A program made the translations under genes and the position numbers. Of a stretch of DNA of 64,000 bases, positions 57,865-64,000 are shown in pieces; within the stretch, counting starts at the first letter, position 1, and every line of letters begins with the position of its first letter. The stretch is from a virus (taxonomy: Duplodnaviria > Caudoviricetes). The notes beneath the pieces were generated by a model that worked only from the letters and a program-made list of their open reading frames with translations, had not been told where the DNA came from and ran no database searches. The DNA lies in the IMG/VR virus record IMGVR_UViG_3300034062_007196, positions 7,447 through 71,446 of that record; one strand, 5' to 3'.

Positions 57865-58903
57865 CTTTAGATAAACCAAGAATACGAGCTTTCCATTCGC
57901 CCATGCTTTCTAAGCGGTTTGCTTCTTCTGATACGATTTGTTTTTGCATTTCTGCAATTTTAACCATATTTTTTCTTTCTTCCTCGTCTTGAAACATTTG
58001 AACAAGAGAAACAATTGAAGCGTTATCTTTGTATCTGCTTTTCATTCTTTCAGCGCGATCACCCTGCAACTTCTTGGTAAGGTTTTCAATTCGCCCTTCG
58101 CACTGGTGATATTCGCTAGACTTTGCCTTGATGATTTCAGCCAAGCGAACACTCATGTCTTGCTGGTCTTCGATTTCATCGAATTGTTCATTTAATTTGT
58201 TTAAATGTTTACCAACAACTTCAAGGTTAATGATTTCCTTGCAAACATTCATGTAAAGATTTAGTTCGTCAGCAGATAAGTCTGGCTTGTCCCAAGTTAA
58301 ACGAATAAACTCTTCCTCAAAAAGCATTCTATCTTTCACGGACAAATAATTGTTCATGATTGCTACAAAACGCGAGTTGTTTAAATTTATTCCGAGCCTA
58401 TCCACGCAAATCTTGTATTGACGAGATAGCTTAGTTTCATCAAGAGTTAAACCTGTAGCATCATTCACTTTTTTTAGAACACGGCTAAAAGCTTTGGGTG
58501 GAGCATAGTCTGTTAAAGCAGCATTTTCACTACCAATAACAAAATCAGGATTAATGGATCGAATATAATCCAAAACAGTGCGCTGCTCCATTCCTAGTTT
58601 TTTTACTTCTCGATCAGAGAAAATAAGTTCAGCAATTCTTAAGGAAGAGAGTCCAGCTTGAGTTTGTAGGATAATAAATTCTTTTTGAGCGTTTGTTAAT
58701 TCAATCTCATCGCTCTTGACTTTTTTAGTAGTAGAGTATTGTAAATTATTTTCAGTTAAAAATTTACTTACTAATCGGCCTTCTTTTTTACGCCCATCTA
58801 AACTTGGGTCATTAAAGCAGGCTCTTGTGAGTTCATTTAAATCTGGAGTCTTGGCGAAATTTTCGCGCAAGAATTGTTTTTGTTCTTCTGTTAGCTCCTT
58901 CAT
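57851..58903 (-). CDS. HTH plus coiled-coil protein, possible terminase small subunit
   Basis: ELTNAQKEFI...LSSLRIAELIF HTH-like segment; two genes upstream of terL. Confidence 0.4.
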   Translation of the reverse strand: MKELTEEQKQFLRENFAKTPDLNELTRACFNDPSLDGRKKEGRLVSKFLTENNLQYSTTKKVKSDEIELTNAQKEFIILQTQAGLSSLRIAELIFSDREVKKLGMEQRTVLDYIRSINPDFVIGSENAALTDYAPPKAFSRVLKKVNDATGLTLDETKLSRQYKICVDRLGINLNNSRFVAIMNNYLSVKDRMLFEEEFIRLTWDKPDLSADELNLYMNVCKEIINLEVVGKHLNKLNEQFDEIEDQQDMSVRLAEIIKAKSSEYHQCEGRIENLTKKLQGDRAERMKSRYKDNASIVSLVQMFQDEEERKNMVKIAEMQKQIVSEEANRLESMGEWKARILGLSKDDVI

Positions 58904-59586
58904 AAAATATCAGAATTTTTAAGAATCTCAATTGCCTTGTCTCGAAACAGCTTTTTAAGATTTTTGATTTGTTTGTATCCAATTTTTCTGTTCTTTTCGC
59001 TGGATCGGTAGCCTAAAAATAAAGCAACTTCCTCGTCTGTTTTCTTTTCGAAATACAACATGCAATAAGCTTTATAGTAATTATCGGATAATACTTTTTT
59101 CATTTGCTCATTAAGCAAAACAATAGCTTCTTCAAAATCAATATTATTGCAAGACATGTTCTCGACTTCGCGAGAATGGTTTTCCATTTCTAATGGAATT
59201 TTAATATTGTATCCATGTTTCTTGCTTTTTTCCCAAACGGAATAGAGATCACAAAAAGAATCCTGAACTCCTCTGGGAGAGAGTGCGCAAAGATCATCTC
59301 CCAAATTATGAGGACAATTCATGCATGGCTTAACATAATTGGTATAATTATTCCTAATTAAGTTTCTCATTTGGTTGGAAACAATGCGAGAAACCCAAGG
59401 CTCTAAAGGCTTGGATTGATCCCACATATCCCACTTCTTGTAAATGTGGACTTTAATAATTTGTTCCACATCTTCAAACGAAAGCCACTTTAAAACATTA
59501 AGCTGCCATTTATTTCGGCGCTTCCTGATTTCGTTTTCAATGATGGATAATTTTTCCTCGAAAGGTATTTTAATTTTTTTTGCCAT
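58900..59586 (-). CDS. Second sigma70-like factor with Cys-rich insertion (candidate late sigma)
   Basis: EDVEQ...WDQSKPLEPWVSRIVSNQMRNLIR (region 2); LYFEKKTDEEVALFLGY (region 4). Confidence 0.7.
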   Translation of the reverse strand: MAKKIKIPFEEKLSIIENEIRKRRNKWQLNVLKWLSFEDVEQIIKVHIYKKWDMWDQSKPLEPWVSRIVSNQMRNLIRNNYTNYVKPCMNCPHNLGDDLCALSPRGVQDSFCDLYSVWEKSKKHGYNIKIPLEMENHSREVENMSCNNIDFEEAIVLLNEQMKKVLSDNYYKAYCMLYFEKKTDEEVALFLGYRSSEKNRKIGYKQIKNLKKLFRDKAIEILKNSDIL

Positions 59587-59938
59587 GCCGTTCTTTAAAG
59601 TCATCTACAGAGACGGCACGATTTCTGCGATTAATAATTCTAGCTTGGCCAAAAAGTTCGCCCAATTGGTATTGGCGATTTGTTGAATCGTTTTCTAGTT
59701 CATAAGCAAGAGAAGAAATAGATGGAAGGTCTTCTGAGTTTGAATACTCTTCGTTACCGTCATCATCAATCCACTCATCTTCTTCAGCATTATTCATTTT
59801 TTTAGCAACAGCTTTAGGCGCAACTGAAGCATTTGCCGCAGATGCGTTTAATTTTGTACCACATTTTCCACAAAAATTTGGAGGTGAAAAGCTATAGGTC
59901 ATTTTGTGACCACAATTTGTACAAAAGGAAGCTGCCAT
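59570..59938 (-). CDS. Zinc-ribbon protein
   Basis: FCTNCG...FCGKCG. Confidence 0.7.
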   Translation of the reverse strand: MAASFCTNCGHKMTYSFSPPNFCGKCGTKLNASAANASVAPKAVAKKMNNAEEDEWIDDDGNEEYSNSEDLPSISSLAYELENDSTNRQYQLGELFGQARIINRRNRAVSVDDFKERHGKKN

Positions 59939-59941
59939 ATA

Positions 59942-60220
59942 TTATTTTTGTTCTAGTTTTTTCTTAATCTCGTCCGTGTCCCGCTTTATATATTCAAGTT
60001 TAGTATTGATTAATTCAACAATAGATTGCATTCTTTGATCAAGTATTTGTGTTTTTGCTTCAATACTATCAACTTCTTTTTGCAAATTCTGCAAATCGAC
60101 AACGGACGCATAATTACTATTCAACCATAAAACAGCAATACCCGCAATCACAAGAGCAACACTTTTAAAGGTGCTGAACCAGTCGAAAGAATTCTTAGAG
60201 AATAGGGATTTTTCGGGCAT
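59942..60220 (-). CDS. Membrane-anchored coiled-coil protein (holin/spanin-like candidate)
   Basis: Single hydrophobic helix VALVIAGIAVLWL followed by a coiled coil. Confidence 0.45.
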   Translation of the reverse strand: MPEKSLFSKNSFDWFSTFKSVALVIAGIAVLWLNSNYASVVDLQNLQKEVDSIEAKTQILDQRMQSIVELINTKLEYIKRDTDEIKKKLEQK

Positions 60221-60228
60221 AATAAATA

Positions 60229-60951
60229 TTACACCTTTTTACCCAATTTTTCTAATTTTCCAACGATAAATTTCAAGATTTCGCTGCGATAAATATCGTC
60301 TTTATCAAATTTGAAAACATGAATTCCTTGGGCTGCGCTCTCTTCATCATTGAAGAGTTCAACAAACTGGTCAAAGCCGCTGGAGCGAATGTCGCTTTGC
60401 ATTAAATCGCCGCAAAGAAACAGTTTAGCATTCTCACCAATTCTAGTGATTATAGTAACTAATTCTTTTTTAGAAAAATTCTGAGACTCGTCGCAAACAA
60501 CAATCTTGTTTGTCCAGCTAGAGCCGCGAATAAAGTTCACTGGCAATGCATTAATAACGCCATCTTTTTTAAGATTAATAATGGAAGGTGTAGAAATGAT
60601 TTCCTCCATTTTATCCTCCAAGGGAATTAAGAAGGGTGCAAATTTCTCATCCACAGTTCCTGGCAAGCTGCCAATGCCTCTATCGCCGCTTTCTGCTAAA
60701 CTGCGAATATAAGTCATATCCCAGTCTTTATTAATTGTTAAAAGATTCAAGGCAGCATAAACCGCCATAAAGGTTTTGGAGCTTCCCGCTGGGCCAGTAA
60801 TAAATACTGCTTTTGTTTCGGGATTTAAGCAAATTTCTAAAAGTTTTTTCTGCTTTTCAGAGAATTTAAATTTGCGCTGCTTGAAGTCAATTTTTCTTTC
60901 TGCTGAACCAATCTCAACAGAACCGTCTAATGATTTTTTAGATTTTGCCAT
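60229..60951 (-). CDS. phoH: PhoH-like ATPase
   Basis: TGPAGSSKT, LPGTVDEK, FIRGSS, DESQN, GDLMQSD. Confidence 0.92.
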   Translation of the reverse strand: MAKSKKSLDGSVEIGSAERKIDFKQRKFKFSEKQKKLLEICLNPETKAVFITGPAGSSKTFMAVYAALNLLTINKDWDMTYIRSLAESGDRGIGSLPGTVDEKFAPFLIPLEDKMEEIISTPSIINLKKDGVINALPVNFIRGSSWTNKIVVCDESQNFSKKELVTIITRIGENAKLFLCGDLMQSDIRSSGFDQFVELFNDEESAAQGIHVFKFDKDDIYRSEILKFIVGKLEKLGKKV

Positions 60952-60969
60952 CCAAGAGTATATACACTT

Positions 60970-61878
60970 TTAATAAATGTTTTCTTTGATAGAAACGCTG
61001 CCATTTAAAGTATTTCCTGGTTGCTGAGTGAGAGACTGACTAACAATTTTGCCGCTCACATCAATTGCTAGTTTATAGTCAGTTTTGGGATCAAAAGATT
61101 GTCCAGTAATGAAATAGCGAAAAGGAGAGAATCGAAAACTAACACTGGAACCATCGCCGCTGCCATTGTAATTAATGATTTGCCCAACGTTCTCACCCTC
61201 AATAGTTACTGTGCGCTCCACGCTGTTTAGCAATACTCGCTCTGGAGTTTTGCTGCCAATTGTGTAAACCGCGCTGCGGCCACAGGAAGCGTTGATTTGC
61301 ACGCTTCGTTTGCTTTGAGGTAGTGGTTCTAGGTTTCCAGTTATGCCAACCGCCAAAGCGTGTAAAGAATCGAAATAAGCGCCAGTACCAGCAGCCTTGA
61401 GCAGCGCTGGCGAGCCTGCCAAACCAGTGAATGCAGTTCCTTCAATTGTTTCTGTGTCATAGCTGTTAAAATCGGCGCTAAATACAATTGGCTGATATGG
61501 AGTGATTTGTATAGTGTAGGAATTCAAGTGACAATCTTTAAACAAGAAATTACCAACTCTAATCTGATAACCCGTCTCAAATTCGCCAGTGAGTCCTAAT
61601 ACGCCAGTTTGTGAAATTAAACGAGAATTCGCGTTTTCCCCAATGAGAGGAAACCAAGAAAAAGAAATTTTTGCTTGCAATGGTCCAGTGGGCGCATAGT
61701 CATTGCTGATGGGAGTTTTGCCCAAATATTTTCGCGCCTCTAGGGAAGTCTCAAAATTAATTGACACATCATTCGCAGCCATCAAGTCCGTATCGCCGCC
61801 ACCAGTAACGGGAGCTTGATTTGGACTGCTAAAGTTCGCGAAAACGGGAACATCCGTGTATTTAATGAATTTGGCCAT
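60970..61878 (-). CDS. Tail-tube-fold paralogue
   Basis: RSVQINASCGRSAVYTIGS...VERTVTIEG; likely start MAKFIKY at 61878. Confidence 0.5.
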   Translation of the reverse strand: MAKFIKYTDVPVFANFSSPNQAPVTGGGDTDLMAANDVSINFETSLEARKYLGKTPISNDYAPTGPLQAKISFSWFPLIGENANSRLISQTGVLGLTGEFETGYQIRVGNFLFKDCHLNSYTIQITPYQPIVFSADFNSYDTETIEGTAFTGLAGSPALLKAAGTGAYFDSLHALAVGITGNLEPLPQSKRSVQINASCGRSAVYTIGSKTPERVLLNSVERTVTIEGENVGQIINYNGSGDGSSVSFRFSPFRYFITGQSFDPKTDYKLAIDVSGKIVSQSLTQQPGNTLNGSVSIKENIY

Positions 61879-61911
61879 TGACAATAAAGCGTTATAAATT
61901 AAGTTACACTC

Positions 61912-62322
61912 ATGAACAAACGTTTGGAAAAATGTATTGAAATATCTTTGGGGCTTAGACCAAAAAAACAAACAGGAAAAAGCTTTCATACTACATTTAT
62001 TTTCAACAAGAACCGCATTTTAAGCATTGGAACCAACAACTACAACAAAGAACATCCCTATCACAAAATGGGAAAATACTGCGGCTATAAACAAAACCCT
62101 AGTCAATACAATCCTTGCTTGCATTCTGAGATTAGCGCTCTCTTGCGCTTGGGCGAGGAAGACTGCTCGCGCTACACTTTTGTAAACATTAGAATAGACA
62201 ACAACAACAAAACATCAATAGCCAAACCATGCCCAAACTGCCAAAGAATACTAAACCAAGTAGGATATAAAAAAATAATATATTCGAACTCCGAAAATGG
62301 GTTTGACGAGATATTGGGCTGA
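61912..62322 (+). CDS. Zn-dependent cytidine/dCMP deaminase-like protein
   Basis: LSIGTN, HSEISAL (HxE), KPCPNC (PCxxC). Confidence 0.85.
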   Translation: MNKRLEKCIEISLGLRPKKQTGKSFHTTFIFNKNRILSIGTNNYNKEHPYHKMGKYCGYKQNPSQYNPCLHSEISALLRLGEEDCSRYTFVNIRIDNNNKTSIAKPCPNCQRILNQVGYKKIIYSNSENGFDEILG

Positions 62323-62419
62323 TTTTTTTCTAGGCGAAGCTTTTTGCCCATTTGGGCAAGAGGCGGCGTTTTTAGGAAAAAGGGGGGGAGTAAGCAAAAG
62401 AATATATAAAGAAAGAATA

Positions 62420-62493
62420 GGAAAGATAACGGGAAAGATAATGGGAGAGAAGAGGGGAGAATAAGATATAATGGGAGATAATGGGAGATAATG
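62420..62493 (+). repeat. Purine-rich imperfect tandem repeat (GGGAGATAAT-like units)
   Basis: gggaaagataat, gggagagaag, ...gatataat, gggagataat x2. Confidence 0.75.
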
Positions 62494-62639
62494 TTGAAAA
62501 TTGAGTTAGAGATTGAGAAAATCCACCCCTGGCCGTTTTCCAAAAAATTCGTTAGTCAAAATTTCCAGGAAATGGGGGGGAGCCTTGTTGCGACTCGTCT
62601 CAATAGCTAAAAAAAGAATAAAAAAAGAGTGATTGTCAC

Positions 62640-62667
62640 TTGCGCAACTAAAGGGGAGTGCTACTAT
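62640..62667 (+). promoter_or_regulatory. sigma70 early-type promoter
   Basis: TTGCGC-16 nt-TACTAT with TGn extension, 6 nt before ATG 62674; upstream A tract. Confidence 0.7.
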
Positions 62668-62673
62668 AGATGC

Positions 62674-62955
62674 ATGGAAAACAACCTGCCCGCCCTCGCC
62701 ACCACTGAAGAAATCCTCGCCCTTCTCGCTAGCACAAAGCGCGAAGTGACAATCCAGAAAGAAGAAACTCCACTGGAAAACATTCTCGCTAGCATGACTT
62801 CTTTCAATTATGAAAAGGAAGAAGGCATGGTTAGAGTTGAAAATGTTACCTTTCGCCACGTTGCAATCAGTGCAAAGACTGGCAAGGAATACGCTACGTT
62901 CAAGACATCGGACGGCAAATATAAAAGTTTTTTCACTGCTCAGATTCAATTCTAA
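62674..62955 (+). CDS. small early-type hypothetical protein
   Basis: MENNLPAL...; own promoter. Confidence 0.65.
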   Translation: MENNLPALATTEEILALLASTKREVTIQKEETPLENILASMTSFNYEKEEGMVRVENVTFRHVAISAKTGKEYATFKTSDGKYKSFFTAQIQF

Positions 62956-62956
62956 T

Positions 62957-62984
62957 TTGACAAGCCTTTTTAACTCTTTAATAT
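62957..62984 (+). promoter_or_regulatory. sigma70 early-type promoter
   Basis: TTGACA-16 nt-TAATAT, 9 nt before ATG 62994. Confidence 0.75.
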
Positions 62985-62993
62985 AACCCTACT

Positions 62994-63197
62994 ATGAAGA
63001 CAATCTCCCTCACCAACGAACAGTTCGATGCAATTAAAACGGCACTTTCCCATGCATGCGGCTTGGCGAATGTCAACCATCAAAACACTGGTAGGCCATA
63101 CTACAAAGAAGTAGAGGAACATGCTTCGCAAGCCTTAAGTGACTTTTGCAAGGCAGAATACGAGAGTTGGAGAAATGAAATTTTCGGCCCTAAGTAA
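62994..63197 (+). CDS. small early-type hypothetical protein
   Basis: 67 aa; own promoter. Confidence 0.7.
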   Translation: MKTISLTNEQFDAIKTALSHACGLANVNHQNTGRPYYKEVEEHASQALSDFCKAEYESWRNEIFGPK

Positions 63198-63232
63198 GAT
63201 ACCTAGGGGGTTAGTAAGAGCCTTAAGACTTT

Positions 63233-63261
63233 TACCTACCCAGGGGGGCCCTGGTTAGGTA
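63233..63261. repeat. Palindromic element, copy 1
   Basis: TACCTACCCAGGGGGGCCCTGGTTAGGTA. Confidence 0.85.
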
Positions 63262-63409
63262 TAATCCCTAGGACTTTCATCTAGGGCACTAAAGATACAC
63301 TTGTCAAGAGAAAAAGTGTGTCAAGCAAAAAAATAAAAAAAACTTTTCTGCAAACTTGGCACGCTTTCCCATACCGTAAAAAAACAAAAGAAAAAAAACG
63401 CGTTAATGC

Positions 63410-63437
63410 TTGCGCCTGCTTTGTGCTGTGCTAATAT
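63410..63437 (+). promoter_or_regulatory. sigma70 early-type promoter
   Basis: TTGCGC-16 nt-TAATAT with TGn extension, 6 nt before ATG 63444. Confidence 0.7.
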
Positions 63438-63443
63438 AACAAC

Positions 63444-63650
63444 ATGAACGAAACAACTTCTTTCCCTCCCGTCACTCTCACTGTCACCCTCACGAATGAG
63501 GAACTAGTCGCGCTATGGAACGCGCTGGAATACAAGATGAAAGATTGCGACCATGCCGCCGAATGGGCACAAAAGAATGGCTATGATAGTGAAACATACT
63601 ATCGCAACGAATTCGCCAAGCTTTCCGCCATCAAAAATAAATTCAAATAA
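63444..63650 (+). CDS. small early-type hypothetical protein
   Basis: 68 aa; own promoter. Confidence 0.7.
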   Translation: MNETTSFPPVTLTVTLTNEELVALWNALEYKMKDCDHAAEWAQKNGYDSETYYRNEFAKLSAIKNKFK

Positions 63651-63653
63651 AGA

Positions 63654-63681
63654 TTGATAAGCTCTTAAATCTCTCTAATAT
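63654..63681 (+). promoter_or_regulatory. sigma70 early-type promoter
   Basis: TTGATA-16 nt-TAATAT, 7 nt before ATG 63689. Confidence 0.7.
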
Positions 63682-63688
63682 ACCAGCC

Positions 63689-63922
63689 ATGAACGAAATA
63701 AAAAAGCAAATTCAAGACGATGCTTCCCGCCTGAACTGGAATGACTGCGGAAAGTTTTCCCCTTATCAGCGTGCCGCATGGAGTCGCATCGTCTCAGCGC
63801 CTAGGCAACTGGCGATTGAAGTCTTGAAAGAATACCGCCAAAAGTTGCGCCTTGATGCAGAGGCACAAGGAATTCCCTTCTGTCCCGCAAGCTTAGACTG
63901 GGACTTGTCAATGGAAAAATAA
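63689..63922 (+). CDS. small early-type hypothetical protein
   Basis: 77 aa; own promoter. Confidence 0.7.
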   Translation: MNEIKKQIQDDASRLNWNDCGKFSPYQRAAWSRIVSAPRQLAIEVLKEYRQKLRLDAEAQGIPFCPASLDWDLSMEK

Positions 63923-63971
63923 AAAAAAAAAAAAAAAAGAAAAAATTTGACAAAAAACCCCGTAGGTGAAA

Positions 63972-64000
63972 TACCTACCCAGGGGGGCCTGGGGTAGGTA
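63972..64000. repeat. Palindromic element, copy 2
   Basis: TACCTACCCAGGGGGGCCTGGGGTAGGTA; first 18 nt identical to copy 1. Confidence 0.85.

Noticed and set aside
31405-61878. Contractile tail sheath or endolysin
   Set aside because: No sheath-like or peptidoglycan hydrolase motifs were recognised in this window; they may lie outside it.
23563-61989. ORF-track 5' extensions (23563, 26407, 30582, 52639, 57008, 57879, 59604, 61989, 62629)
   Set aside because: They overlap upstream genes, terminators or promoters; shorter starts fit coupling and motif positions better.
62506-62949. 147-aa minus-strand ORF at the early-region boundary
   Set aside because: Antisense to a gene with a clear promoter, and it runs through the repeat region; no recognisable motif.
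63921-63938. 18-nt poly-A tract as a phase-variation switch
   Set aside because: Intergenic and upstream of a TTGACA; a UP element or homopolymer sequencing error is more likely. Cannot be judged without reads.
62420-64000. CRISPR array or mini-array
   Set aside because: The repeats lack regular unique spacers and number only two; the PD-(D/E)XK gene at 5319 is RecB-like in a replication context, not a cas locus.
1-64000. Stop-codon reassignment (alternative genetic code)
   Set aside because: Core genes are full length and densely packed under the standard code.
62300-64000. tRNA or structured ncRNA genes in the intergenic stretches
   Set aside because: No cloverleaf, T-loop GTTCRA or CCA pattern was recognised; a tRNAscan/Infernal run would be needed to exclude divergent RNAs.

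Overview
A 64-kb AT-rich segment of a large, apparently lytic tailed dsDNA phage (Caudoviricetes); no integrase, tRNA, rRNA or CRISPR was seen. Left (minus strand, 1-18.9 kb): Clp ATPase; a DNA polymerase III-type replisome (DnaE split into PHP and core genes with a DEDDh exonuclease between them, primase, DnaB, RecA); Gmd and glycosyl/methyl-transferases; NrdAB. Middle (plus strand, 19.2-31.4 kb): dUTPase, dNMP kinase, sigma factor, SSB, more glycan-building enzymes and small probable anti-defence proteins. Right (31.4-61.9 kb, mostly minus): virion module with portal, TerL, protease/scaffold, MCP, neck, tail tube plus three paralogues, a 2366-aa tape measure and a Dit-LRR-LamG protein. No sheath is visible, so a long non-contractile tail is likely. 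A second sigma factor, an ERCC4 nuclease and PhoH lie upstream of terL. Far right (61.9-64 kb): a deaminase, a purine-rich repeat junction and small early-type genes with sigma70 promoters and palindromic repeats. Strongest leads: a PD-(D/E)XK nuclease-like cassette bounded by GxxPNF repeats inside the tape measure; a dispersed glycosylation system; a recurrent GTGTAA element 8-11 nt before start codons (candidate non-T4 late promoter giving near-leaderless mRNAs) alongside two phage sigma factors; and a Zn-finger/HNH-repeat/ERCC4 nuclease overlapping terL. All family calls come from motif recognition by eye, not database searches.
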